Positions 17,915 to 28,088 of a stretch of DNA of 64,000 nt are shown in pieces; the first letter of the stretch is position 1; each line of letters opens with the position of its first letter. Below the pieces are notes generated by a model, which was not told the origin of the DNA, made no database searches, and worked only from the letters and a program-made list of their open reading frames with translations. The stretch is from a virus. Taxonomy: Duplodnaviria; Caudoviricetes. The translations under genes and the position numbers were made by a program. Location: positions 4,034-68,033 of the IMG/VR virus record IMGVR_UViG_3300043388_000007, one strand, 5' to 3'.

Positions 17915-19431
17915 GGTCCTGCGTCCGATGCGTTCCGTGATGTCGATGTGTTATTGGCGTTGTACGACATGTCCCTGCCCAGTGGCATCGGCCGCACGCC
18001 GAACCAGTCCTTCTGTGCGTAGTGGGCGGCGCTGTTGTGGTGGGTGCCGACCTGGGGGTTGGAGTTGTGACCAGCGGCCTCGAAGACGTTGAAGGCGCCA
18101 TTGCTGTCGTAGCTGTCGAAGAACTGGATGTGGCCGGTACGCACAAGGAGGTCCCCATACTGGAGTATCCCCGGCTTCTGGAGATCGGCCTGAGCAATGC
18201 GCTGGACCGTCTTGTAGTTCGAGGACGACCAGTAGCTGCGCATCGCTCCGGTACCGGGGTACCCACCGGAACCAAAGATCGCCTTGGTGTCGGCACCGAC
18301 TCCCTTGTAGGCCGCCACCACCAGGCCAGAGCAATCAGCCGAGGTGGGCAGGTTCCAGCGCTGCGAGCCAGAGGTGCTGTTGTTATACACCGTGGAACCG
18401 GTGACGTGGGCCTTGGCCCAGTCGAGGGCGGCTCTGCGCACCTTGGCGTTGGCGTCACCAGCGACACCGGACTGGTTGGTGTAGTCGTTGGTGGTGCCGG
18501 GGGTGTTGTTGGCCGCCGTCTGCTGAGCGAGCAGGTCACCGATGGTGACGATGATGTTGCTGTTGGCGTCACGGCCGTAGGGGATGGCGGCTTCGGCCTG
18601 GAACTCCTCGGCCCGGTACTGCGTCATGTCCCGCACCGGCCCCATGTAGTTGGCCCGGAGTGTCAGCGATATCGACATACGGGTGGGCGTCATACGGTGG
18701 GTGAACTTCATGAAGGTCACCCGAGCGTTGAGCGGACGACCCTGCACCGTGAACTGCGGGCTGAACACCACCGTGATGTCACGAGGGTTGACCATCATCA
18801 CACCGTTGTCAGGGAGTGTGTTACTCGTCTGGTTGGGGTCGGATGGGACGACGTTGCGCACCACCAGATCGAAGAACTGGTAGTCCACGTACACACCGGG
18901 GTGACTGACCTGGGTCGCTTCCTCCTGGCGATCGAAGAACAGGTCGAAGGAGAAGTCGAGGATCGAGGGCGGCGCCACCAGGTTGCCGCTCTGGTAGATC
19001 GTGTTGAAGGGGTCGAGTGCCGACTGGTCGAGGTAGCTCACGTAGTCCCGAGTGATCGTCTCGGGGTTGTACATGAAGTAGAGCCGGGCCTTGGACACGG
19101 CATCACCAGCATCGAAGGCGGCCCGCCTGATGTAGCCACGCAGGATGCGAGCAGGAGTACCGCTGGCGCTCTGGAGCGAGGGCAGGAGACGACCGGCCGC
19201 ACCGCTGACGAACGGTGGGTTGGACATGCCAGCGCTGATCTGACCGGACTGGAACCACTCGTAGGCGAACTGCTGGAGAAGCTGGTCAGCCGAGATGTTG
19301 TCGGGAGCGCTCTGCATCAGCGCCGTGGGCACATCGGCCCGGTTGTAGCCGGGAGCCGTGGACCAGCCATAGGCCTTGTTGACCAACTGCGACGGCCGGT
19401 AGACGTTGCGCAGGCCGTAGCGGTAGGCCAT
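17911..19431 (-). CDS. Tail tube initiator-like protein fused to an NlpC/P60 peptidoglycan hydrolase
   Basis: LYFMYNPETITRDY..FSFDLFFDR N-terminal domain; C-terminal DCSGLV...GDLLVRTGHIQF. Confidence 0.82.
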   Translation of the reverse strand: MAYRYGLRNVYRPSQLVNKAYGWSTAPGYNRADVPTALMQSAPDNISADQLLQQFAYEWFQSGQISAGMSNPPFVSGAAGRLLPSLQSASGTPARILRGYIRRAAFDAGDAVSKARLYFMYNPETITRDYVSYLDQSALDPFNTIYQSGNLVAPPSILDFSFDLFFDRQEEATQVSHPGVYVDYQFFDLVVRNVVPSDPNQTSNTLPDNGVMMVNPRDITVVFSPQFTVQGRPLNARVTFMKFTHRMTPTRMSISLTLRANYMGPVRDMTQYRAEEFQAEAAIPYGRDANSNIIVTIGDLLAQQTAANNTPGTTNDYTNQSGVAGDANAKVRRAALDWAKAHVTGSTVYNNSTSGSQRWNLPTSADCSGLVVAAYKGVGADTKAIFGSGGYPGTGAMRSYWSSSNYKTVQRIAQADLQKPGILQYGDLLVRTGHIQFFDSYDSNGAFNVFEAAGHNSNPQVGTHHNSAAHYAQKDWFGVRPMPLGRDMSYNANNTSTSRNASDAGP

Positions 19432-22268
19432 CAGCTTCTCCTCGACAGACGCTTGTTCACTTCGTCCTCCAGGTGGTCAGCGATGAGCGTGGCGGTACGT
19501 CGTGCGTCGATGCCGCCACCACTGCTACCACCACCGCCACCTCCGATCACGAAGGTGTTGGAGAACACCACACCGCCTCCCGACTGGACGACACGTGGGG
19601 CATAGCTGCCGTCCACGTCTCCGATCCAGCCCGCCTGGCGGGCCAGTGCCTCGCCTTGCTGTGCCGACGCCCAACCACCCTGAGTGCCGTTGAGCGGATC
19701 TCCGGTACGGCTCCAGCCGCCGTTGGGTGACATACCCCAGGGCCAGGTGACGGTGCCTCCGTTGGACAACATGTAGACGGCCTTGGCGTTGGTGAGCGGG
19801 TCGAACAACTGGCTGCGCCCAGACACGGTGTTGCCCGAGATGATCCCGGCTGCCGCCAGGTTGTCGTCGTTGGCGTAGTTGATCTGCCACACGCCACGGT
19901 CACCGATGATCCTCGCCGGATCAGCGTCGGTGCGATGGGCATCAGCCTGCCAACGTGACTCACGCCAGCCGATCTTGAGGAACTTGTCGAGGGCGTCACC
20001 ACGGAAGCCAGCGGCATACAGAGCACCAGCCGCCGAAGCAGCACGGGTGGCCTCGTCACTGGAGTTGAACCCGGCCCGCCAGTCACCACTCACGGTGCCA
20101 CCACCGCCGCCTCCACCGCCACCAGTGACGACTGAACCGCTTGTGATACCACGGTCAGAGAAGCGACCACCAGCCGCACCCATCATCTGCTCGTAGACGT
20201 TGGGGATGAAGGCGAGCTTGGTCGGGTCGATACTGGTACCACCGAGCATGGTGTTGAGGAAGCCGAGCATCGAGCCGGTGGTCCCGGCCACACCGCTCAT
20301 CGCCCCCGAGGGGCTGGACGAGAACATGCGGAAGAAGTCGCTGATGAGGTCGGTGATGTCACCGATGCCGCCACCATCGACATCACCCATGCCGACATGC
20401 CACGGCTCACCCTTGCTGGCTCCTGAACTGAGGCCGAACTTGCTGGCGTTGTTCATGATCCAGCCGTACTCACTGGCTGGCCCGAGGTCGGCGGCCATTC
20501 CTCTGGTGTGCGCAGATGGCTTACCCGAGACCCTGCCCAAACCTCGCTTCTTCAAGGTCTGCTGCATCCGATTGTCACGCAGACCAGACGTAACCCTGAT
20601 ACGAGGGTTTGCCCGCTGCATCGCCTTGACCTTGCGCTGCATGTCGGGGTGCAGCCCGGCTGCGCTGGTGCCACCGGTCGTGGTGTAGTCACCGATGTCG
20701 CCCACATCACCAGCGCCGGGCACCCAGTCGGGGAGCTTGTCCCACAGGTTGTTGGCGGCGCCGCTGATGAGACCGCCGAAGCTCGCACCACCAGCCAGAA
20801 GAGTGCCGAGCGAGCCGGAGTTCTCCAGCATCGACATCATCATCTGCTCCATGGTGTCCGGCATGAACTGAGCGAAGCCGAACTTGCCCGTTGACACGGC
20901 GGCGGGCACCGAGGTCTGGAGGAACTTGCCGAAGATGTCGTTGAAGAAGCGGTTCGAGGATTCCTTGTTGGCGTAGGCCCCTGACATGGTGGCGCCGAGA
21001 CCGAACTGAGCACCGGCCGCCGAGGTGGTGGCTTGGAGGCGCTGCCACAGCGGGTTGTCCTGCTGCGGCGTGATCGTCATCTCTCCGCTGGTACCGGTCT
21101 TCGACTTGTTGAGGGCGTAGGTCCACCAGTACTCACGCATCTCTTGTGATACGCCGGTCGAGGTGAACCAGGCATCGATGTTGGAGCCGGGGTAGTACTG
21201 GGCGACCAGTTCGCCGTAGTTGAAGGCCTTGCCCTTGTTGGAGCCACCACGGAGGCCCTGGAGCCACTTGAGCACGTCCTCAGCCCACTCCGAGAGCGAC
21301 TTCTGACCGCCTCCGGTCTTGATCATGCCCATCGCTCCACCGGTCATCATCACCGAGGCCTGCTGGGCACCGATGTTGCTGGCCTGACCGCCGATGGTCT
21401 GAGCGATCGACCCCAGCGAGGCACCGGGGTTCATCATCTGCGCCTGACGCACACCGGAGAGGAAGCCGTTGGCCCGAGGAGCGTTGCCCGCTCCCCCGAA
21501 GTCATAGAAGGCGCCGTACGACGGAGCACTGGAGAACAGATCGAGCACGTCACTCATCGGCCCCTGCACGCCACCAGGCATGCGAGCCAGTTGCCCAAGG
21601 ATCGTTGAGATGTTCGTGTTCGAGGCGAAGCCCACCCGGCCGAGTGCAGCACCGCTCGATAGCACGGTTTGACGGTTGGCCGAGATCTGATCACGGAGGA
21701 ACCGGAACGGGAACAGCGCTGCGTTGTTGGCCAGGTCGGCCGCCGAGGACAGAGCGCCACCGATGATCGGGATGCTGCTGAGCATGCCCCCGCCACCTCC
21801 ACCGCCGCCGCCTCCACCCCCGCCACCGGGGAACATATTGGCGCCCATGGAAGTACCGAGCGTGGACTGCGGAGCACCCACGGTGGCGATCGAGGACACC
21901 GCACGGTTGACCCACGACGCCGAGCCGTTGGCGCCAGCGGGAGCCGATGCCGTGGCTGGTGCGCCGCCACTGGTGCCCATGCTGGAGCCACCACCGACAC
22001 CGGCCACCGCCGAGGACACAGCGTTGAGCGCCGTGGCTGTCTCGTTGGCCCGCTTGGTGATGTTGGTGAACATCGAGTTGATGCCCTGCGTCAGCATGTA
22101 GCTGTTCGAGCCGAGGTCACGCAGGGCGCTCTTGAGACCGGTCAGTGCATCAGAGACGGCACCGATCTGCGAGGCCGCTGTGGACAGGGCGGGCAGGTTG
22201 AGGTTGACGCCCATGCCCATCGACGGCATGCCCGTTGCAGACGGTTCACCACCTCCGATGTCAGACAC
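19431..22268 (-). CDS. Tape measure protein with M15-like peptidase and lysozyme/transglycosylase-like domains
   Basis: Follows the chaperone; Gly/Ala-rich; VTSGLRD..SAHTRGMAAD..EPWHV; RESRWQADAH..DRGVWQIN. Confidence 0.88.
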   Translation of the reverse strand: MSDIGGGEPSATGMPSMGMGVNLNLPALSTAASQIGAVSDALTGLKSALRDLGSNSYMLTQGINSMFTNITKRANETATALNAVSSAVAGVGGGSSMGTSGGAPATASAPAGANGSASWVNRAVSSIATVGAPQSTLGTSMGANMFPGGGGGGGGGGGGGGMLSSIPIIGGALSSAADLANNAALFPFRFLRDQISANRQTVLSSGAALGRVGFASNTNISTILGQLARMPGGVQGPMSDVLDLFSSAPSYGAFYDFGGAGNAPRANGFLSGVRQAQMMNPGASLGSIAQTIGGQASNIGAQQASVMMTGGAMGMIKTGGGQKSLSEWAEDVLKWLQGLRGGSNKGKAFNYGELVAQYYPGSNIDAWFTSTGVSQEMREYWWTYALNKSKTGTSGEMTITPQQDNPLWQRLQATTSAAGAQFGLGATMSGAYANKESSNRFFNDIFGKFLQTSVPAAVSTGKFGFAQFMPDTMEQMMMSMLENSGSLGTLLAGGASFGGLISGAANNLWDKLPDWVPGAGDVGDIGDYTTTGGTSAAGLHPDMQRKVKAMQRANPRIRVTSGLRDNRMQQTLKKRGLGRVSGKPSAHTRGMAADLGPASEYGWIMNNASKFGLSSGASKGEPWHVGMGDVDGGGIGDITDLISDFFRMFSSSPSGAMSGVAGTTGSMLGFLNTMLGGTSIDPTKLAFIPNVYEQMMGAAGGRFSDRGITSGSVVTGGGGGGGGGTVSGDWRAGFNSSDEATRAASAAGALYAAGFRGDALDKFLKIGWRESRWQADAHRTDADPARIIGDRGVWQINYANDDNLAAAGIISGNTVSGRSQLFDPLTNAKAVYMLSNGGTVTWPWGMSPNGGWSRTGDPLNGTQGGWASAQQGEALARQAGWIGDVDGSYAPRVVQSGGGVVFSNTFVIGGGGGGSSGGGIDARRTATLIADHLEDEVNKRLSRRS

Positions 22269-22413
22269 CTGTGCGTTCCTTCTTCCAGCGGATCATCCGC
22301 AACCAGTAGTTCCGTTCCCGACCCGACATGCGCCGGATCTCACCGAGTGACCACCCTGGGTATCCCTGGGCCACCACGTCGTAGTTGATGTAGAGGGCTT
22401 GTTCGTCAGTTAC
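22261..22413 (-). CDS. Probable frameshift-accessed C-terminal extension of the tail assembly chaperone
   Basis: Open +1/-2 frame ..ALYINYDVVAQGYPGWSLGEIRRMSGRERNYWLRMIRWKKERTGV* between chaperone and tape measure; no good start codon with RBS. Confidence 0.65.
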   Translation of the reverse strand, partial: VTDEQALYINYDVVAQGYPGWSLGEIRRMSGRERNYWLRMIRWKKERTGV

Positions 22414-23245
22414 GAAAGAGATCCCCCCATCCGAGCGAGACCCTCGTCGGGTTCCCGCACACGGCGCAGTTGGTGGTCACCTCCAAGGCGATCGACGGCT
22501 GCTTGGCCACCAACAGGTTGAGCAGCGTGCTCCGGTCCTTCATCGTCATCGACCGCACGTAGGACATGGGGTCGGTGAGCAGCCCACCGTTGAGCTTGAC
22601 GATGACGTTGTTGAGGATGGTCGAGTTCTGTTCGGCCAGCGAGGCACCCTTACGGGTGATCGCCTCCCTCTGGTCGTCGCCGGTCACCAGCCGGTATGTC
22701 AACACGTCGCCCCTGGCGGTGGTGTAGGTCCAGGTCTCCAGGGTGAGATCCTCGACCTCCTTGGGCTTGAAGTCCTCGCTCAGCAGGAGCGTCATCTCCT
22801 GCTGCTCGTCGCAGGCCCCGCAGGTGAAGCCCACGTCCCTGGCGTCCCCGAACGTCACTCTGGTCACCGCCACGAAGAGTTGGTCCCGCTCACCCACCAG
22901 GAGGGTGCGCAGGAGAGCCTGGCGCTCCGACAGCGGCCTACTGGCCATGTCGAAGTCGTCAGCGCTGACGACACCGAGAGCGATCACGGTGTCGAAGAAG
23001 TCGGTCGGCTCCTTCTGCTTGGCCAGCACTTCCTCATCCAGTCCTGTCAACTCCCGGACGGTGATCTCGGTCTTGTGGACCCCGTTGACGTAGAGGCCGA
23101 GGGGAAGGATGAGCTTGTTGTCCGGCGCCTCTGGGATGAGGGGCACCGGACCGGCGATCGCTTCCTTGGCCTTCTGGAGGGCCTGCGACTTGTCTCCGAA
23201 CAGTTCTTCGGACGTGATGTCTTCTTTGTCTTGCACGTCAGTCAC
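22406..23245 (-). CDS. Tail assembly chaperone
   Basis: TVRELTGLDEE, CxxC pairs (CGAC, CAVC), between tube and tape measure. Confidence 0.82.
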   Translation of the reverse strand: MTDVQDKEDITSEELFGDKSQALQKAKEAIAGPVPLIPEAPDNKLILPLGLYVNGVHKTEITVRELTGLDEEVLAKQKEPTDFFDTVIALGVVSADDFDMASRPLSERQALLRTLLVGERDQLFVAVTRVTFGDARDVGFTCGACDEQQEMTLLLSEDFKPKEVEDLTLETWTYTTARGDVLTYRLVTGDDQREAITRKGASLAEQNSTILNNVIVKLNGGLLTDPMSYVRSMTMKDRSTLLNLLVAKQPSIALEVTTNCAVCGNPTRVSLGWGDLFRN

Positions 23246-23273
23246 GATGTGATACTCCGATATCGGTCAGGGT

Positions 23274-23879
23274 CTAGTAGTAGCGGACGCTGCTGTTCGA
23301 GAGGTTCATGGCGTCCTGGTTGCCGAAGAAGACCTCGAAGCCCTCGTGGTGCACGGTCATCTGGTGGATGAGGACCGAGTTGTCGAGAGCGTTGAGGCCG
23401 CTGAACCCCACGCTGGCGCACCAGCAGTTGTAGAAGGCGAACGCCATCACCGAACCGCTGGTGTCCTTGGTCGAGCCGGAGGCTGCGCCGTTGGTGACCG
23501 GGTGGTCGAGCACACGCACCGCCATGTCGAAGCGGAACTCGGCGCCCATGCCGATGGTCCCCTGGCCCCACTGGACCGAGAACATCTGCTTGGCGAGGTT
23601 CCACATGCCGGGCTTGGTGTAGAACACCCCGGCGCTCATCGACAACGGAGCGAAGTCCGTCAGGCCGGGGAGCTTGTGCGGGTTGGTATTCCAGCCGCCC
23701 TCTCGGTACGGCACCATCTCGGTGTTCATCGAGATGCCATCGACCGTCATGAAGCCCATCTTGGCGATCTCGGTCTGCATGTTGGCGTTGGGGTGGAACA
23801 GTTGGATTTGGAACTTGAAGTTCCTCACCGGGTCGGCCTTGACCCGTGTGCGGTCCTGCAAGGTTGGGACAATGGGCAT
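23274..23879 (-). CDS. Tail tube protein (T4 gp19-like)
   Basis: DPVRNFKFQIQ, GFMTVDGIS, YREGG, KLPGLTDF. Confidence 0.93.
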   Translation of the reverse strand: MPIVPTLQDRTRVKADPVRNFKFQIQLFHPNANMQTEIAKMGFMTVDGISMNTEMVPYREGGWNTNPHKLPGLTDFAPLSMSAGVFYTKPGMWNLAKQMFSVQWGQGTIGMGAEFRFDMAVRVLDHPVTNGAASGSTKDTSGSVMAFAFYNCWCASVGFSGLNALDNSVLIHQMTVHHEGFEVFFGNQDAMNLSNSSVRYY

Positions 23880-23896
23880 GATGTGTTACCTCCTGA

Positions 23897-25540
23897 TCAG
23901 TTGGCCGGGGAGACTTCGGAAGTGAAGCTGCCCTGATCGAACTGGGTGAGCCGGATGATGACGAACTCGGCGGGGTACTGGAGCGCCACGCCGACCTCCA
24001 TGCGGACTTCGCCAGAGGCGATGACCGATGCAGTGTTGAGGGTGTCATCGCAGCGGATGAAGTAGGCCTCCGCTGCGTTGGCCCCCTTGAGTCCACCTGC
24101 TTCCCAGAGCGGACGGAGGATGCGATCAGCCGACATGCGCAACGACGACCACAGGCGCTGGTCGTTGTTCTCGAACACGGCGAACTGCGTGGTCTGGCGC
24201 AGCGACTCCTTGATGTAGATCAAGGTGCGCCGGGCGCTGACGTAGTGGTCGGCACCGAAGCTCTTGCGGGTGCGGGCACCCATCACGCAGATCCCGGCGC
24301 CGGGCACCGAGCGGATGATGTTGATGTTCACCGAGTTGAGGTCGCCCAACTCGGTGTCGGAGAACTTGGTCTGGACACCGACTGCATTGGTGATGGCGGC
24401 GATGACACCAGCGGGAGCACGGAACACACCCACGGTGGCATCGATGCGTGACATCACGCCCATCAGGCCGCCACCCGGTGGGACAGCGACCACCTGGCCG
24501 ATCTTCTGCGGGTGCGGGATCAAGAGCCACGGCCCGTAGCTGGCGCTGTAGGAGTCGCCGGGGTTGACGCCGAGCGAGGTCTGGATCGTGGACTTGTAGG
24601 CCGCCGAGGTCTGGTTGGGCAGGCGGGGCGGCGCCGAGTCGTTGACCACGAAGATGTCCTGGCGATCGGTCCACGCCGTGGACGGCACGGTGGTGCCGAC
24701 CCAGGACGACGCCGACTCCGAGGTGTTGATCTTGGAGATGTCGCTGTGATACCCGACAATGCCGACCACGACGGGACCCTCGACCTTGGACACCTGCTGC
24801 GCCGACCCCATGAGGGCCGCCGCATCGGGGATGCCGGGATCGGTACCACCGGCCAAAGCGACGGGGCTGGTGGTGGGCAACGGCTGGCCCTGAACCTCGT
24901 TGGCTTCACTGATGGTGACGTACTGCGAGCCAGCGGCCGGATCGTTGACGGCCACATCGACACGGCGGGTGCCGGGCACCGAGCCGGAGATCGACAGGCC
25001 GGGGAAGGTCTCGACCACCTCGTCCACACCATCGGAGTTGGTGACGAGGATCTGGAGCACGAACACGTCCTGCGCCGTGTCACCGGAGCCGACCGTGGAC
25101 TGCGTGCCCAGGCTGTACTTGACCGTGTTGCCCCAGGAGCCGACCGACAGGGCCGAGATCACGAAGGAGGTCAGCGGGTCCTCGGTGTCGAGAGCACCGT
25201 TGACATCGACGGACGACGGGTCGCCCTCCTCGCCAGAGGTGGCCGAGACGGAGCGGATGATCCAAGCAGTGCGGCCGCCGCTCTGGAAGAACGAGTAGAC
25301 GCTGAAAGGCAGGTATGACAACACCTGCGTGGTGGCGGGGGCCGGAGGCGTGATCGGGGAGAAGCCGCCGAACATGGTCACGAAGTCGGACCATGAATCG
25401 ACTCTGGTCGGCTCGTTCACCGGCCCCTTCTCAGCGACGCCGATGAAGGCGGCGACCGTGAAGGACGCTGATGTGGTCGCCTGGTTGACCAGCAGGCTTT
25501 CTTCCAGGTACACGCCTGGGCGGCGATAGGTGGTGGGCAT
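23897..25540 (-). CDS. Tail sheath protein
   Basis: YRRPGVYLEE, AFIGVAEKGP, FFQSGG, FRAPAG, YVSARR, VFENND, VALQYPAEFV. Confidence 0.96.
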   Translation of the reverse strand: MPTTYRRPGVYLEESLLVNQATTSASFTVAAFIGVAEKGPVNEPTRVDSWSDFVTMFGGFSPITPPAPATTQVLSYLPFSVYSFFQSGGRTAWIIRSVSATSGEEGDPSSVDVNGALDTEDPLTSFVISALSVGSWGNTVKYSLGTQSTVGSGDTAQDVFVLQILVTNSDGVDEVVETFPGLSISGSVPGTRRVDVAVNDPAAGSQYVTISEANEVQGQPLPTTSPVALAGGTDPGIPDAAALMGSAQQVSKVEGPVVVGIVGYHSDISKINTSESASSWVGTTVPSTAWTDRQDIFVVNDSAPPRLPNQTSAAYKSTIQTSLGVNPGDSYSASYGPWLLIPHPQKIGQVVAVPPGGGLMGVMSRIDATVGVFRAPAGVIAAITNAVGVQTKFSDTELGDLNSVNINIIRSVPGAGICVMGARTRKSFGADHYVSARRTLIYIKESLRQTTQFAVFENNDQRLWSSLRMSADRILRPLWEAGGLKGANAAEAYFIRCDDTLNTASVIASGEVRMEVGVALQYPAEFVIIRLTQFDQGSFTSEVSPAN

Positions 25541-25608
25541 GGGTCGCTCCTGTCTGAGGTACGTGGTGACGACAGAGTGCGACGACGAGTGCTACGAGCC
25601 AGGCGGCG

Positions 25609-26421
25609 TTATCCCGTGACAGCGGTAGGCATCTGGTGTCCCTGATGCCAGATGTGGCCAACCTCGCCACCGTCCTCCCGTTCCTGCTGAGTGAAATCGT
25701 TCAGCGGGTCTGGTTGGTTGGTGAGGAACTGGTCACGGTACGAGTCCATGTACGGCAGCCAAACGATCGGGATGAGCACCTTGAGCGCCCGGTAGACCAC
25801 CGAGTCGAGGATGCGATCCTGAGGAACCTCAGCGAGCACGTTGACCGTGTACACCTTGCGGAAGATCCGCTTGGTGCCGGACTCTGATGTCTCTGAGGTG
25901 TCGGCTGCGATCATGGACGAAAGCTCGGTACGCCGCCACGTCTCGTCGGTGGCGCACCAGACCCAGAACGGTCGTGGGGGGAACACGTCCGAGCGGAAGA
26001 TCGAGTGGAGGTAGCGATCGTGCAGAGCGTTGCGAGCGTGCACGGCCACTTGGTACGTGAGCCGGAAGGGCAGGAAGTTACGCAGCGCATAGCTCTGCAC
26101 GTCCCAGCCCTCGGCCGGTTCCGGCATATCGGGAGAGACCGATGGCCGGTAGAGATCCTGCTCGGGCAGGTAGTAGTCACTGGTGAACAGGTCGAAGGCT
26201 GGTTCGGCCTGGAGCAGGTCGATGGTCGTGAAGGGGTAGCGGATCTGACGCTCACCCTCGGGCCAGCGGAACCACACACCGAGCGGCACGGTGGGGTCGG
26301 TGGAGCTACGGCCGGGCACGGTGATGTTGGAGAGGTGGTCCTTCATCATCTCGTCCTCGGCCAGGAGGAAGCCCTGGTGGGTCCAGATGTTCGGCTCGTC
26401 ACGAAGCGGTCTAACGGCCAT
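25609..26421 (-). CDS. Tail completion/terminator-like protein
   Basis: Position upstream of sheath; YPFTTIDLL, LTYQVAVHAR. Confidence 0.7.
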   Translation of the reverse strand: MAVRPLRDEPNIWTHQGFLLAEDEMMKDHLSNITVPGRSSTDPTVPLGVWFRWPEGERQIRYPFTTIDLLQAEPAFDLFTSDYYLPEQDLYRPSVSPDMPEPAEGWDVQSYALRNFLPFRLTYQVAVHARNALHDRYLHSIFRSDVFPPRPFWVWCATDETWRRTELSSMIAADTSETSESGTKRIFRKVYTVNVLAEVPQDRILDSVVYRALKVLIPIVWLPYMDSYRDQFLTNQPDPLNDFTQQEREDGGEVGHIWHQGHQMPTAVTG

Positions 26422-26818
26422 ATCGCATGCCCTTGACCTTCGGAGTTGCTAGCTCAAGCGGGCCGTAATGCGTCTCCATGCTCTTACGCATGTAGTCGCC
26501 AGCGTCGGCCACCTCCGAAGAGAGCGTGCGGAACAACGGGTTGGGCGGCGTGTCGAGGTCGCCGTACTCCAGCAGGCTGGCCTGACTGACGAACATCGGG
26601 TCGGTGACGCCGATGAAGAGTTGGCCGTCCTGCGACCACATCGTGATGTTGTCGGCCATCGAGGACCAGCCCTCATTGGCCTTCGCCTTCTCGGTGACCT
26701 TCTGATGGAGGAGATCCGTAGCACCCTGGGCCGCAGCGATCGAGTGTTGGGCCAAGCCATCGACGTATCTCTGGACGGCATCGAGCCATCCAGCAGCGAT
26801 CTCGATCGAGGCCACCAC
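26411..26818 (-). CDS. Virion structural protein (neck/tail completion)
   Basis: LLEYGD..TPP.PLFR motif; position. Confidence 0.65.
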   Translation of the reverse strand: MVASIEIAAGWLDAVQRYVDGLAQHSIAAAQGATDLLHQKVTEKAKANEGWSSMADNITMWSQDGQLFIGVTDPMFVSQASLLEYGDLDTPPNPLFRTLSSEVADAGDYMRKSMETHYGPLELATPKVKGMRYGR

Positions 26819-26900
26819 TGCGCTCCCAAGGTTCTAGGCGATGTAGGTTGGCGACCCGCTCGGTCGCCATCGGGCCATACCCTACTATCAGCGCCCGACC

Positions 26901-27161
26901 TCAACCAGCCTTCAAGGCTTGGATCTCCCGCAGCAGCATCGTGACCTTCTCGACCTCGGTGCCAGGCAAGGTGGTGACGAAGCCGACCTCGACGTTCTCG
27001 CCGTCCAGCACCGGCTGATGATCCCAGGCGGTCACGTCGATCTGCTCGGCCACCTGGATCAGGTAGTCGATCGTGGCGCTCTGGACAGCCAGCCGAGCAC
27101 TGAGGTTGGCAACATCGACACCGAGGGAACGGACAGCAGATACACCGATGGGATCAATCAT
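26901..27161 (-). CDS. Hypothetical protein
   Basis: 86-aa coupled ORF in the structural region. Confidence 0.6.
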   Translation of the reverse strand: MIDPIGVSAVRSLGVDVANLSARLAVQSATIDYLIQVAEQIDVTAWDHQPVLDGENVEVGFVTTLPGTEVEKVTMLLREIQALKAG

Positions 27162-27179
27162 CGGCCCACTATGTCACGC

Positions 27180-28088
27180 TCACCAGTACGAGTTGGCTAC
27201 CGCTGGGTCAGTGACCGTGATCACCCGGTTGTAGTGCTCGGTGCCAGCCACGCTGACGGTGCCGACCACCCGCTGAGCGCCGGTCGAGGTCGTTGACCAC
27301 CCGGCTCCACGACAGACGAAGCCCTGCACAGCCAAACCACCGATCGAGGTGTTGCTGAGGGCGACCGTGGTGTCCACCGGGTTGAGCCAGCTACGTGCTC
27401 CCGGCACCTGAGCGTTGTTGATCCACATGTAGATCTCACGGTTGTTGTAGACCGACAGGACGCTGGTGAAACCGCCGTATGCCGACAACTGGAAGCGGAT
27501 CGAGGTCATCACCACCGTCGAGGGCACCACCACACCGACCGCCACATCCCGGTAGCCGTTGACCGAGGCCGAGCCTGACCATGGCCGGGTATCAGGCGTC
27601 GTGGTGGTGTGGCTCGATGCGGCGTGGCCGATCTGGACCTTGATCGGACCCACCCAGTCGCTGATCAGTCCACCGGCCGACTTGGCCCGCACGAAGAACT
27701 GGTACTTGGTGTCCTCGGCCACGGTGAAGTTGGCCGAGGGCGATGCCGTGTCGGTCTGCGTGGCGATCACGGTGGTGCCGTTCTGCGCCCGCTGCTGAAT
27801 GTCGTAGTTCGCTGGTGTCGCACCGCCGACACCAGGCGCCCACTTCATGCTGATGGTGGTGAAGCTCCAGGCGTTGACGGCGAAGCTCACCGGCTCGGCT
27901 GGGTAGCCTACGTAGTCCGAGTCCACCCAAGCGCCCGCTCCGATGGCTCCGTTGTTCTTCACCTTGAGCAAGCTCGGTCTGATCCAGGAGCCGCCACCGA
28001 CCACCCCCGACTTGAGGGCGACGTTGCCGTTGGTGATGTTGCGCCAGGCGCCGCCACCAACGGCGTCGTACTTGAAGCGGACCGGCAT
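27180..28088 (-). CDS. Fibronectin type III-containing virion protein
   Basis: ISMKWAP..GATPANYDIQ...EDTKYQFFVRAKSAGG. Confidence 0.75.
   Translation of the reverse strand: MPVRFKYDAVGGGAWRNITNGNVALKSGVVGGGSWIRPSLLKVKNNGAIGAGAWVDSDYVGYPAEPVSFAVNAWSFTTISMKWAPGVGGATPANYDIQQRAQNGTTVIATQTDTASPSANFTVAEDTKYQFFVRAKSAGGLISDWVGPIKVQIGHAASSHTTTTPDTRPWSGSASVNGYRDVAVGVVVPSTVVMTSIRFQLSAYGGFTSVLSVYNNREIYMWINNAQVPGARSWLNPVDTTVALSNTSIGGLAVQGFVCRGAGWSTTSTGAQRVVGTVSVAGTEHYNRVITVTDPAVANSYW

Noticed and set aside
18022-19605. Long plus-strand ORFs (e.g. 18022..19605, 35523..37199, 39058..40311, 46810..47727)
   Set aside because: Antisense shadows of well-supported minus-strand genes, typical of high-GC3 DNA; no RBS or recognisable motifs
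19520-21830. Poly-Gly (ccaccgccg) tracts in the tape measure as tandem-repeat loci
   Set aside because: Ordinary flexible linkers between domains
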